DNA of 64,000 bases from an uncultured delta proteobacterium (GTDB lineage Bacteria; Desulfobacterota; Desulfuromonadia; Geobacterales; Pseudopelobacteraceae). The position numbers and the translations under genes were made by a program. The notes under the pieces are model-generated. The model worked only from the letters and a program-made list of their open reading frames with translations, did no database searches and had not been told where the DNA came from. Numbering within the stretch: position 1 is the first letter of the stretch; the number at the start of each line of letters is the position of its first letter. The stretch is taken from positions 224,001 through 288,000 of the forward strand of contig CAVYYZ010000012.1 in the NCBI GenBank assembly GCA_963772835.1, in the 5' to 3' direction. Positions 10,356-19,902 of this stretch are shown piece after piece.

Positions 10356-10426
10356 ATTCAACCAACGGCAGCACCGGTCAGCGGGAAAAAGCCCCCGCCG
10401 AGCCGGTGTGCCTTATCACGTTGGAC
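10356..10426 (-). mobile_element. attC-like integron cassette recombination site (71 bp)
   Basis: Minus strand: R'' GTCCAAC (RYYYAAC) 3 nt after the vapC stop, imperfect palindrome GGCACACCGGCTCGGCGGG / CCCGCTGACCGGTGCTGCC with single-base bulges, then R' GTTGAAT (GTTRRRY). Confidence 0.72.
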
Positions 10427-10429
10427 AAG

Positions 10430-10831
10430 CTAGGCAAGCCAATCCATAATATTAAGGGGGTGAATACGTACAAATTCTCGGGCGTTATTTGTAATTAGCG
10501 GAATTCCTAACGAAACGGCATGAGCAGCAATCAGCATATCCATAGAACCAATTGGTGTACCTGCTTTTTCAAGCGTAGCTCGAATATCGCCATAAACGTG
10601 AGCTGATTCTTCATCGAACGAAACAACTTCTAAAGGTGTAATGAACTCATCAAGAGCTTTGGCATTTTTTTCTTGATGTGTACTCTTGGCAACTCCATAG
10701 CGTAGTTCTGAAAGCGTAATGGAAGAAATACCTATATCGCCGATCTGATATTCAAGAAAACGCTTTAGCACGGCAGCTGGCTGTTGCTTGATAATGTAAA
10801 TGCAGATATTTGTGTCGAGCATCAGCTTCAT
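10430..10831 (-). CDS. vapC: VapC PIN-domain toxin
   Basis: LDTNICI, ELRYG, DMLIAAHA and TNNAREF PIN motifs; AT-rich. Confidence 0.93.
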   Translation of the reverse strand: MKLMLDTNICIYIIKQQPAAVLKRFLEYQIGDIGISSITLSELRYGVAKSTHQEKNAKALDEFITPLEVVSFDEESAHVYGDIRATLEKAGTPIGSMDMLIAAHAVSLGIPLITNNAREFVRIHPLNIMDWLA

Positions 10832-11058
10832 CAGAAACTCTCCCGCTTATCCAATTCTGGCTGGACACGATCAACCATGAAGTCGCTGGAAAACTTTTTA
10901 AGACTTCTAAATAAGGAATTCCATGAATCGCTCCGGGGAATCAACTGTACAACATTGCCGGTCTTTTTAATGAATACTTCACTGTCATCAAAACGAAACT
11001 CTTTGGGCAGTCTGACTGCCTGGCTTTGCCCATTTTGAAATAATTTTGCAGTTTTCAT
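10831..11058 (-). CDS. vapB: VapB antitoxin (AbrB/SpoVT fold)
   Basis: [28 protein letters not shown] coupling to vapC; GGAGG RBS. Confidence 0.93.
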   Translation of the reverse strand: MKTAKLFQNGQSQAVRLPKEFRFDDSEVFIKKTGNVVQLIPRSDSWNSLFRSLKKFSSDFMVDRVQPELDKRESF

Positions 11059-11074
11059 GATCTACCTCCGAAAT

Positions 11075-11116
11075 AATATATACTGTAAATATATATTCCT
11101 TGCTTTGCATTTGCAA
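11075..11116 (-). promoter_or_regulatory. Sigma70-type promoter of vapBC with an overlapping operator-like inverted repeat
   Basis: TTGCAA (11116-11111), 17-nt spacer, TATATT (11093-11088); inverted repeat AATATATA-N7-TATATATT at 11075-11097. Confidence 0.65.
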
Positions 11117-11134
11117 GAAGAACCTTCGAATAGA

Positions 11135-11180
11135 ATAAGGGGGCAGGCACCTAATTGAGTAATTGGTGCCTGCCCCTTAT
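11135..11180. repeat. GC-rich hairpin (REP-like element or acnA terminator)
   Basis: ATAAGGGGGCAGGCACC ... GGTGCCTGCCCCTTAT near-perfect inverted repeat about 45 bp after the acnA stop. Confidence 0.7.
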
Positions 11181-11225
11181 AGCTTCCCAAGCATCTTGAG
11201 GTACGAGTGACTTAGCGGGATAGTA

Positions 11226-13889
11226 TTAACCCGTCACAAATCTGCTCAACACGTACGGTAGAATCCCCCCCGCCCGGTAATAGGCGACTTCATTGGCCGT
11301 ATCAAGGAGGCAGCGCACGGAGATCGGCTCGTTACGTCCGTCCTGACGATGAATGACCGCGGTAAAGATCCGGCCGGTCAGCTGGTCACCTTCCGGATGG
11401 ATCAGTTCCACGATTTCACTGCCGTCCAGCGCCAGAGACAATCTCGTCTCACCTCCCATAAACTGCAGCGGCAGTATCCCCATTCCGATCAGGTTGGAAC
11501 GGTGAATCCGCTCATAACTCTCGGCGATAACAGCCGAGACACCCAGCAGCAGCGGCCCCTTGGCTGCCCAGTCACGGCTCGATCCGGAGCCGTATTCTTT
11601 TCCGGCTATGATCAGCAGCGGTACACCCTCCTGCTGATAGCGCATGGCGGCATCATAGATCGACAGTTCGTCACCTCCGGGGAAATGCCGCGTATATCCC
11701 CCTTCACGCTGCGGCACGATTTCATTGCGCAGGCGGATATTGGCAAACGTGCCGCGCATCATGACTTCGTGGTTGCCACGCCGCGATCCGTAGGAGTTAA
11801 AATCACTCACGGCGACCCCCTGTTGCTGAAGGTACCTGCCGGCAGGGCTTTCGGGACGAATGGAGCCTGCGGGTGAGATATGATCCGTGGTAATGGAATC
11901 ACCCAGCAGGGCCAGAATCCGCATGTTCCCGGGAAGAGGCTGCTCTTCACCGGACCGCTGCCCCTGAAAAAACGGGGGTTCTTTGACGTAGGTTGAATCC
12001 GGCTGCCAGGGGTAGGTGGCGGTATCGCCAATCGGCAGCTGCTTCCATTCGGGCGTGCCGGTATAGACATCAGCATATCCCTCACTGAATATTTCCGGAT
12101 CGATTCTGCTCTGCAGTGCCGATATCTCGGCCTGTGACGGCCAGATATCGCTCAGATACACCGGTTGAGCGTCGTGTCCGATCCCGAGCGGCTGACTGGT
12201 CAGGTCGATCCGTGTCGTTCCGGCCAGAGCAAATGCCACGACCAGGGGAGGGGAGGCCAGCCAGCTCGCCTTGACCAACGGGTGAATACGCCCTTCAAAA
12301 TTACGGTTGCCGGACAGAAGCGCCGCTACGGCGAGATTTCCTTTCTGTACAGCCGCATCAACCGGTTCCGGGAGTGGACCGGAATTCCCGATGCAGGTCG
12401 TACAACCGTAGCCGACCAGATCGAAGCCGAGCTGAACCAGTGAATCATAGAGCCCCGACAGCTGCAGATACTTCATCACAACCGTTGAACCGGGTGCCAG
12501 AGAGGTCTTAACCCACGGTTTGACGGTCAACCCCGCAGTCACCGCTTTTTGTGCCAGCAGACCGGCAGCCAGCATGACACCGGGGTTGGATGTGTTGGTG
12601 CATGATGTGATTGCGGCAATAACAACCGCTCCATGCGCCAGCCCCGCGTTGAACTCTTTTATCGGCACCTGCAGGTTCTCTTCTCCGGCCGGGAACGTTG
12701 CATTTGCCGCCCCGGGCAGATCGGCCAGCGGCACCCGGTCCTGGGGCCGGCGCGGGCCGGCAAGGCAGGGGACAACCGTGCCGAGGTCGAGCGATACGAC
12801 CTGGCTGAAGAGCGGCTCCTGCGACCCTGAGTCGCGCCACAAACCCTGCGCCCGGCAATAGGCTTCAACCAGGTCTATTGTCCGGGAATCACGGCCGGTA
12901 AAGCGCAGATACCGGATAGTTTCAGAGTCCACAGGAAAGAATCCACAGGTCGCGCCGTATTCAGGGGCCATATTGGCAATTGTCGCCCGATCGGCCAGCG
13001 GAAGAGAGTCAAGACCCTTCCCGAAGAATTCAACGAACTTGCCGACCACACCGGATTTACGGAGCATTTCCGTAATCGTCAGCACCAGATCGGTCGCTGT
13101 TACACCCGGCCTGAGATCCCCCTCAAGACGCACGCCGACCACTTCCGGAATCAGCATCGACACCGCCTGACCCAGCATTGCAGCTTCAGCCTCGATTCCG
13201 CCCACCCCCCAGCCAAGAACGCCGAGCCCATTTATCATGGTTGTATGACTATCGGTTCCCAGCAGGGTATCGGGATATGCAACCGGATCATGCGAACCAT
13301 TCAGATCATGCCAGACAACCTTTGCCAGAAACTCCAGGTTCACCTGGTGACAGATGCCGGTCCCGGGCGGAACGACCCGGAAGTTATGCAGTGCATTCTG
13401 CCCCCAGCGCAGAAATGCATATCGTTCCCGGTTGCGCTGCATTTCACATGCGACATTGGTAGTGAAGGCATCAGGGCTGCCGTAGCTGTCAACCTGCACA
13501 GAGTGATCGATGACCAGATCCACCGGGATCATCGGGTTGATCGATGTCGGATCCCCCCCGGAACGCGTAACGGCATCTCTCAGAGCGGCAAGATCGGCCA
13601 CCGCCGGGACGCCGGTAAAATCCTGCATCAGCACCCGACCGGGGCTGAAGGCGATTTCACGGGAGGATGATCGTGTATCCAGCCATTCCCCAAAGGCTTT
13701 GATGTCATCAATAGTTACGGTCACGCCGTCTTCATGGCGCAACAGATTTTCAAGCAGAATCTTCAGAGAAAAAGGAAGCCGCGATACATCGCCGATGCCG
13801 GCCGGTTCAAGGGCGGCGATTTCGTACATGCGGTAGGAGCGGTCATTTACAACAAGCGGACGGGCCGATTTATATGAGTCGATAGACAT
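11226..13889 (-). CDS. acnA: Aconitate hydratase A
   Basis: 887 aa; QDFTGVP, DHSVQVD, SCTNTSNP, GCTTCIGNSG, GSGSSRDWAAKG. Confidence 0.97.
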   Translation of the reverse strand: MSIDSYKSARPLVVNDRSYRMYEIAALEPAGIGDVSRLPFSLKILLENLLRHEDGVTVTIDDIKAFGEWLDTRSSSREIAFSPGRVLMQDFTGVPAVADLAALRDAVTRSGGDPTSINPMIPVDLVIDHSVQVDSYGSPDAFTTNVACEMQRNRERYAFLRWGQNALHNFRVVPPGTGICHQVNLEFLAKVVWHDLNGSHDPVAYPDTLLGTDSHTTMINGLGVLGWGVGGIEAEAAMLGQAVSMLIPEVVGVRLEGDLRPGVTATDLVLTITEMLRKSGVVGKFVEFFGKGLDSLPLADRATIANMAPEYGATCGFFPVDSETIRYLRFTGRDSRTIDLVEAYCRAQGLWRDSGSQEPLFSQVVSLDLGTVVPCLAGPRRPQDRVPLADLPGAANATFPAGEENLQVPIKEFNAGLAHGAVVIAAITSCTNTSNPGVMLAAGLLAQKAVTAGLTVKPWVKTSLAPGSTVVMKYLQLSGLYDSLVQLGFDLVGYGCTTCIGNSGPLPEPVDAAVQKGNLAVAALLSGNRNFEGRIHPLVKASWLASPPLVVAFALAGTTRIDLTSQPLGIGHDAQPVYLSDIWPSQAEISALQSRIDPEIFSEGYADVYTGTPEWKQLPIGDTATYPWQPDSTYVKEPPFFQGQRSGEEQPLPGNMRILALLGDSITTDHISPAGSIRPESPAGRYLQQQGVAVSDFNSYGSRRGNHEVMMRGTFANIRLRNEIVPQREGGYTRHFPGGDELSIYDAAMRYQQEGVPLLIIAGKEYGSGSSRDWAAKGPLLLGVSAVIAESYERIHRSNLIGMGILPLQFMGGETRLSLALDGSEIVELIHPEGDQLTGRIFTAVIHRQDGRNEPISVRCLLDTANEVAYYRAGGILPYVLSRFVTG

Positions 13890-14082
13890 ATCGGTCTCCT
13901 TCGAACGGAGGTGATGTACAGCCGGATGCTGCCCGTATCGGCCTTAAAAAGAATACGGACTTTAACTCTGATATTCTCTGCACGATGATTCAGAAAATAT
14001 CTTCTGACATGCTAATCCGCAAGGGGGAGTGCGTTCACGGTTCCACCCTCCTGCAAAAGCCGCAGACGATACACCTGACTTA

Positions 14083-14415
14083 CTAATGATGAAAACGTCC
14101 TTTACGATCCTTATGCGCCAGCGTAGGAGCTTTGTGGCAGTCAAAACAGGCCTTTTCCTCAACCTTTTTAGAATCAAGCGGCGACTGTTGCCCCCCTAAG
14201 GAAGGCTGGTTGTATTCGGGGGTCTGAAAAGGGAGCCGCCCTCGTTCGTCGGATACAGTAGCAGCCTTGTACGTCGCCTGCCAGTTGGCGCTGATCGCTA
14301 CAGTGTGACACTGGTCGCAGCCGCCGGGAGGGGGAATGCTTTTCCAGGCGGTGAACATGGCACATCCGCTGATTATGAAAACAGAGCCGGATAGCAGTAT
14401 AAGGGCATATTTCAT
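14083..14415 (-). CDS. Small diheme c-type cytochrome lipoprotein
   Basis: Start MKYALILLSG..., lipobox ISGC, two heme motifs CDQCH and CFDCH. Confidence 0.8.
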   Translation of the reverse strand: MKYALILLSGSVFIISGCAMFTAWKSIPPPGGCDQCHTVAISANWQATYKAATVSDERGRLPFQTPEYNQPSLGGQQSPLDSKKVEEKACFDCHKAPTLAHKDRKGRFHH

Positions 14416-14482
14416 CGAGTCGCTCCTGTGGGAAGAGATGCAGTCGTGTAGATAGTAGCACACAATCGGCCAAAATAAAGCT

Positions 14483-15316
14483 TCAAGCGGAATTGTTATC
14501 CAGTCGCAGGATCCGCCGGACATTACCCGATGTAGTCCGGGAAACGACTTCCGGAGATATTCCCCGTACTTCCGCAACACGCAGCGCCGTTTCCGTTATC
14601 CAGGCCGGACGGTTAAATCTTCCGCGATACCGTTCCGGGGTCATATCAGGGGCGTCCGTTTCCAGCACCAGATGTTCAAGCGACAGCTCCCGTGCTGCGA
14701 GTAGCGGTTTCACCGCATTTTTCCAGGTAACGGTCCCGGAAATCGATATGACAAAGCCAAGCCGGATGAACTCGCGGGCCATTTCCACAGAGCCCGAGAA
14801 GGCGTGCATGATCCCGCCCACCCGGTCCGCACGCTCTTCGCGCAGAATCGTTATGACCCGTTGAAACGCCCGGCGACAATGGATCAGTACCGGTATACCG
14901 CAATGAACTGCCACCCGGAGCTGTTCGCGAAACGCCCGTTCCTGCAGCGGCATCGGCACCGGATAGGCCGGGTCGATGCCGGTTTCACCGATTGCAACCC
15001 CGTGCGGTGCAATTTTCAGCAACTGCTCAATAATCTGATCAGTCACACTTTCCGCATGCATCGGATGAATGCCGAATGAAGGTAATATACGGGGATTTTC
15101 CCTAGCCAGGGCGGCTATCCCGGACCAGCCGCTGCGGGCTACTCCCGGCACAACAAAACGCTGCACTCCGGCCGCATATGCATCGAGCAGAAGGTTTTGA
15201 AGCCCGGATCTGAGGGGTTCCAGATCAAGATGACAATGACTGTCGATAAGTCCGTCATCACCGGCGGCATCGTACTGCCGTTTCCGGTCTCCCTGCAGAT
15301 CCGTCACAAGAACCAC
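14483..15316 (-). CDS. tatD: TatD-family hydrolase/DNase
   Basis: IDSHCHLD, GIHP, AIGETGID, LETDAPD; start position uncertain. Confidence 0.9.
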   Translation of the reverse strand: MVLVTDLQGDRKRQYDAAGDDGLIDSHCHLDLEPLRSGLQNLLLDAYAAGVQRFVVPGVARSGWSGIAALARENPRILPSFGIHPMHAESVTDQIIEQLLKIAPHGVAIGETGIDPAYPVPMPLQERAFREQLRVAVHCGIPVLIHCRRAFQRVITILREERADRVGGIMHAFSGSVEMAREFIRLGFVISISGTVTWKNAVKPLLAARELSLEHLVLETDAPDMTPERYRGRFNRPAWITETALRVAEVRGISPEVVSRTTSGNVRRILRLDNNSA

Positions 15317-16500
15317 CCGAACAGGCTGACTATCCGCTCCATGATCCGGATCAGTATGCTCCGTCGCTCATGAACATCCAGTTCTACAGGGCTGGATCCC
15401 TCTATCTCCTCCAGAAGCAGTGCCCGGATCTGTCCGCCGAACTGAACGTTATCAATCATGCAGTTGATCTCATAATTGCGATGAAAACTGCGTTGATCCA
15501 GGTTGGCCGAGCCGATGACCGCCCGCTCGGCGTCTATCAGCATAACCTTGGCATGGAGGATTTCCCGTTCCAGTTCAAAAATCTCAATGCCGCCTCGAAG
15601 GAGGGTAGCGTACGAGCTTCTGCCGAGCAAAAGCATCAGCGGCACATCACTGCGGGCCGGCAGCAGAAGTCGCACCCGCACACCACGCCGGACGGCCCGT
15701 AACATTGAGCGGATAATGCGCGGGCCGGGTACAAAATACGGAGTGGCGATCAGAATCTCTTCGGCAGCGGATGCAATATTAACCTGAAACGCCTCACGTA
15801 TGTAGGAACGTCGCTGGCGCGGCCCGCCGCTGATGATATTGACTGCCGCATCCCCGGTATTACAATCGGGGATGCGGTGGCGCTCTGCCGCGCCACTCAC
15901 TGCGGTTTTATCCCTCTCTCCGTTCCAGGTTTCGTGAAAGATCGCCGCCAACTCGCACACCGCATCACCCCTGATGCTGAAACCCAGATCCCGGAAACCG
16001 AGTTTACCGGCAACGCAGCCTGCATATTCATCGCCGATGTTGAATCCTCCCAGAAAGGCCAGCGTACCGTCGATAATCGTCATCTTGCGATGATCCCGTT
16101 TATCGAACCAGTAGACGCCACGCGTGAATGAGGGGATATTGAAAGGGAGCAGTTTGACCCCACCGTTGGAGAGTTTTTTAAAGTAGGAGGATGGTGTATC
16201 CAGGGAGCCGATGTAATCGTAAATCAGCCTGACCTTGACTCCGCGTTGAACCGCTGCAGCCAGTTCAAGCGCCAACCCGGTGCCGATACGATCATCATGT
16301 ATAAGGTAGTACTCAAGCAGGATGGTATGTTCTGCGGAGCGAACGGCGGCAAAAAGCGCCTCAAAAAACGATCTCCCTTCATGAAAGAGTTCGACGCTGT
16401 TATGGCGATGGGTGACCGGCAACTCCAGAGGGCGCATCCGTCGTAACAGGCGGATTATCCTGGGAAACCGTTTTTTATGCTTGTAGTGATTATTTCGCAT
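15304..16500 (-). CDS. Cardiolipin synthase-like phospholipase D (ClsB type)
   Basis: Two HKD motifs (HRKMTIIDG, HAKVMLIDA) and GSANLDQRS. Confidence 0.88.
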   Translation of the reverse strand: MRNNHYKHKKRFPRIIRLLRRMRPLELPVTHRHNSVELFHEGRSFFEALFAAVRSAEHTILLEYYLIHDDRIGTGLALELAAAVQRGVKVRLIYDYIGSLDTPSSYFKKLSNGGVKLLPFNIPSFTRGVYWFDKRDHRKMTIIDGTLAFLGGFNIGDEYAGCVAGKLGFRDLGFSIRGDAVCELAAIFHETWNGERDKTAVSGAAERHRIPDCNTGDAAVNIISGGPRQRRSYIREAFQVNIASAAEEILIATPYFVPGPRIIRSMLRAVRRGVRVRLLLPARSDVPLMLLLGRSSYATLLRGGIEIFELEREILHAKVMLIDAERAVIGSANLDQRSFHRNYEINCMIDNVQFGGQIRALLLEEIEGSSPVELDVHERRSILIRIMERIVSLFGWFL

Positions 16501-16537
16501 GGAACTCACATCACGCAAAGAAGTCCGGCTGTAATAA

Positions 16538-16691
16538 GCAGAACAAAATCTATCTCATATTTTTGTCAGAGTCGGAGGCCGTAATAGAACAGACCGCGGC
16601 GTAACAAAGCTACGTCCGGGAAGTTCTGATTGAGATGCCGCCAAAACGGCCGGGAGATGAGATGCACCGTGCTTGTTTTATTGTTGTCTGC
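16538..16691. repeat. Degenerate nested palindrome filling the intergenic gap
   Basis: Nested pairs GCAGA/TCTGC, ATCTCAT/ATGAGAT, TTTTG/CAAAA, AGAAC/GTTCT around a central CGTA-N7-TACG. Confidence 0.4.
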
Positions 16692-16694
16692 CTC

Positions 16695-17351
16695 CTAAAC
16701 AACCGGTATCGTCAACTTTCCCACCGATTCGATCTCCGCGGTCATGATGTCGCCGGCAACAACCTGACCGACTCCGGCGGGAGTACCGGTCAGAATGACA
16801 TCGCCCGGTTCCAGGGTGAAGATTGCCGATATATGGGCGACGGTCTGCGCCACACGGTGGATCATGTCGGACGAGGTGCCGTCCTGGCGGATCTCGCCGT
16901 TGACGGAAAGCTTCAGGCTGAGAGCATGTGGATCGGCCACTGATTCCGACGGGACAAAATCTGACAGTGGGCAGGCTGTGTCGAATCCTTTGGCAATTTC
17001 CCAGGGGAACCCCTTGGCTTTCAGCTGACTCTGCACGTCACGTAACGTCATATCGATCCCTACGCCGTAGCCGGCGACAAACTCCAGCGCGCTGTCAACC
17101 GAAACGGCACGACATCTCTTTCCGATCAGAACGGCCAGTTCGACTTCATAATGGCACTCCTGTGAATAAGACGGGATTCGCACTGAATCGCCATCACTAA
17201 TGACCGACGAAGCCGGTTTTATGAAAAGAACCGGTGCCGCCGGAGTTTCGTTGCCCAGTTCGCGGGCATGTTCGGCATAGTTGCGTGCCAGGCAGACGAT
17301 CTTGCCGATGGTGAATTGCTGATTCGTTGTGATAAGTTTTCGTGTCGTCAT
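16695..17351 (-). CDS. Fumarylacetoacetate hydrolase family protein
   Basis: [42 protein letters not shown] overlap with gpmI. Confidence 0.92.
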   Translation of the reverse strand: MTTRKLITTNQQFTIGKIVCLARNYAEHARELGNETPAAPVLFIKPASSVISDGDSVRIPSYSQECHYEVELAVLIGKRCRAVSVDSALEFVAGYGVGIDMTLRDVQSQLKAKGFPWEIAKGFDTACPLSDFVPSESVADPHALSLKLSVNGEIRQDGTSSDMIHRVAQTVAHISAIFTLEPGDVILTGTPAGVGQVVAGDIMTAEIESVGKLTIPVV

Positions 17352-18880
17352 AGCAGACTCTCCCCTGTCATCTCTTTCGGTTGACCCAGTCTCAGCATCT
17401 TCAACATGGTCGGCGCCACATCTGCCAGACACCCCCCTTCGCGCAGGGTACCATTTTTACGATTGTTGTCCACCAGCACCAGCCAGACCGGATTAGTCGT
17501 ATGGGCGGTGAACGGTTCTCCGTTTTCATCCTGCATCTGTTCGGCATTGCCGTGATCAGCGGTAATCAATACGGCGCCTCCCATATCCAGCACCCGGCTG
17601 GCAATCCTGCCGGCGCAGGCATCCACCGTCTCCACAGCCTTGATGGCTGCTGCCTCGACACCGGTATGACCAACCATATCGCAGTTGGCAAAATTGAGGA
17701 TTATCACGTCATACAGATCCTGATCGAGCAGTTTAAGGAGCTTCTCCGTCACCTGCACGGCACTCATCTCCGGTTTTAGATCGTAGGTGGCCACCTCTGT
17801 AGGGGAGGGGACCAGAGCGCGATCTTCGCCGGGGAAAGGGACTTCCACTCCGCCGTTGAAGAAAAAGGTGACATGGGCATATTTCTCCGTTTCGGCAATG
17901 CGCAGCTGTTTCAAACCGGCATCTGCCAGCACGCCGCCAAAAATATTTGATAGCCCGGTGGAAGCAAACGCAATCGGCAGGCCGAACGTTGCGTCGTATT
18001 CGGTCAGGCAGACATAGCCGGCCAGCTTCGGCCAATAACCTCGCTCGAATTTATCAAAACCATCCAGTGCCAGAGCACGGGTAATTTCACGGGCGCGGTC
18101 AGAGCGGAAATTGAAGAAAATGAAGCCGTCGCCGTCCCGAAGTTGACCGACCGGGGCACCGTGCCCGCAGATGACAGCAGGGACGACAAATTCGTCGTAT
18201 ATCCTGGATGTGTAGCTCTGCTCGATGGCATCCTTCGAGGAGACATACAGGTCACCAAGGCCATGCACTATGGCGTTGTAGGCCTTCTCTACCCTGTCCC
18301 AGCGATTATCGCGGTCCATGGCATAATAGCGCCCCATGACGGTTGCAACCGTTCCAATGCCGATCCGTACGATCTCTGTTTCAAGCTCAGCCAGGTACCC
18401 GGCGCCGCTCTGGGGAGGGGTATCACGTCCATCCAGCAGGCAATGAATAAAGACCTCCGTCACGCCTTCGCGCTTGGCCAGTTCCAGCAGGGCATACAGG
18501 TGGGTGTTGTGCGAGTGTACTCCGCCGTCGGAGAGCAGTCCCGACAGGTGCAGCCTCCCACCTGAAGCCTTGACCTGCGCGATGCAGTCGAGCAGGACCT
18601 TGTTGGTGAAAAAATCGCCGTCAAGGATTGATTTGGTGACGCGGGTCAACTCCTGATAGACAACCCGACCGGCCCCCAGATTCAGGTGCCCGACCTCGGA
18701 GTTACCCATCTGTCCGTCAGGAAGGCCGACCGCCATACCGGACGTGCGGATCGGAACATGGGGGTATGCCGCGAGATATTTTGTCAGATTGGGGGTTTTA
18801 GCCAGGGCAACGGCATTGTGAGCGGGATCGGGATTGATCCCCCAGCCGTCGAGAATCATGAGGACAATCGGTTTTTTCAT
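17348..18880 (-). CDS. gpmI: 2,3-bisphosphoglycerate-independent phosphoglycerate mutase
   Basis: [33 protein letters not shown]. Confidence 0.97.
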   Translation of the reverse strand: MKKPIVLMILDGWGINPDPAHNAVALAKTPNLTKYLAAYPHVPIRTSGMAVGLPDGQMGNSEVGHLNLGAGRVVYQELTRVTKSILDGDFFTNKVLLDCIAQVKASGGRLHLSGLLSDGGVHSHNTHLYALLELAKREGVTEVFIHCLLDGRDTPPQSGAGYLAELETEIVRIGIGTVATVMGRYYAMDRDNRWDRVEKAYNAIVHGLGDLYVSSKDAIEQSYTSRIYDEFVVPAVICGHGAPVGQLRDGDGFIFFNFRSDRAREITRALALDGFDKFERGYWPKLAGYVCLTEYDATFGLPIAFASTGLSNIFGGVLADAGLKQLRIAETEKYAHVTFFFNGGVEVPFPGEDRALVPSPTEVATYDLKPEMSAVQVTEKLLKLLDQDLYDVIILNFANCDMVGHTGVEAAAIKAVETVDACAGRIASRVLDMGGAVLITADHGNAEQMQDENGEPFTAHTTNPVWLVLVDNNRKNGTLREGGCLADVAPTMLKMLRLGQPKEMTGESLL

Positions 18881-19033
18881 AAAACAACCTCCGTATGAAA
18901 ACGTACGTAGATACAAAAAACAGTCCCCGGAAGGTACCGCAACTTGAAGACGCTTCTAAGCGATGAGTAACGGAGGATATACCCGTTTCATCCTCCTCCG
19001 CCCACCCCGGTATCCTCCGGATTCGGCGTGTTT

Positions 19034-19492
19034 TTAATGATGATACGGCTCTTTGTTCAGAATAGTAAACGCCCGGTAGATCTGCTCCAGCAGGAAAGCA
19101 CGCACCATCTGGTGAGTGAAGGTCATCTTCGACAACGCCAGCAGTTTGCCCCGGTGGCGGAACTCTTCTGAGAAACCGTAGGCACCGCCGATGGCAAAGA
19201 CCAGCTCACCAGTGCCGCTGTCACGCTGTTTACCTATAAAAGCCGCCAATCCGGGGGAGTCCATCTGTTCGCCCCGTTCGTCCATCAAAACCAGTGTGGC
19301 GCCAGGTGGAATCTGCCTCTCCAGCCGTTCGCACTCACGGCGACGCATCTCCTCGGCTTCAGCACCCTTCTCGTCGCGGATATCTATCAGCTCCAGCGGC
19401 ATATAGCGCCGGATACGACCGGCATATTCGTCGATCGCATCCTTGACCCACGGGTCACGGCTTTTACCGACCCAAAGAACCTTTAATTTCAA
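19034..19492 (-). CDS. rlmH: 23S rRNA pseudouridine1915-N3 methyltransferase
   Basis: FAIGGAYG, MTFTHQMVR, EQIYRA...PYHH. Confidence 0.95.
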   Translation of the reverse strand: MKLKVLWVGKSRDPWVKDAIDEYAGRIRRYMPLELIDIRDEKGAEAEEMRRRECERLERQIPPGATLVLMDERGEQMDSPGLAAFIGKQRDSGTGELVFAIGGAYGFSEEFRHRGKLLALSKMTFTHQMVRAFLLEQIYRAFTILNKEPYHH

Positions 19493-19902
19493 TACTGCGA
19501 TTCCTTGCGGGACGCCTTTATTTCAGGCGGCAGCTCCAATTCAGGCGCCATCCCCCAGAGGCCGTCCAGGTCGTAATATTTGCGGATCTGGTCGTGGAAA
19601 ATATGCACCAGCACATCACCGTAATCCATGACGATCCATTTTCCGTCCGTGGCGCCCTCGATATCGTTGACCTTGCCGTATTTTTTCAATCCGGTGCGGA
19701 TATTATCAGAGATGGCCTGGTTCTGTTTATCGGAGGAACCGGAAATGATCACCATGTAGTCGGCAATCGACGAAATCCGTGAAATGTTGCGCACACAGAT
19801 GTCAAAAGCCTTTTTGTCATATGCCAGCTCTGCGCATTTAAGTGCGCGCTCGCTGGGAGTCAGGGTCGTCTTTTCATCAGTTTGAGTTTTTTTTACTGGC
19901 AT
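19489..19902 (-). CDS. rsfS: Ribosome silencing factor
   Basis: WIVMDYGDVLVHIF..YYDLDGLW; nadD-rsfS-rlmH synteny. Confidence 0.94.
   Translation of the reverse strand: MPVKKTQTDEKTTLTPSERALKCAELAYDKKAFDICVRNISRISSIADYMVIISGSSDKQNQAISDNIRTGLKKYGKVNDIEGATDGKWIVMDYGDVLVHIFHDQIRKYYDLDGLWGMAPELELPPEIKASRKESQY

Noticed and set aside
13971..14002. GATATTCTCTG/CAGAAAATATC inverted repeat upstream of acnA
   Set aside because: Plausible operator, but no regulator can be assigned and there is no second copy in the window.
18971..19019. CGGAGGATA/TATCCTCCG inverted repeat after rlmH
   Set aside because: Long loop and no U-tract; at most an ordinary mRNA hairpin.
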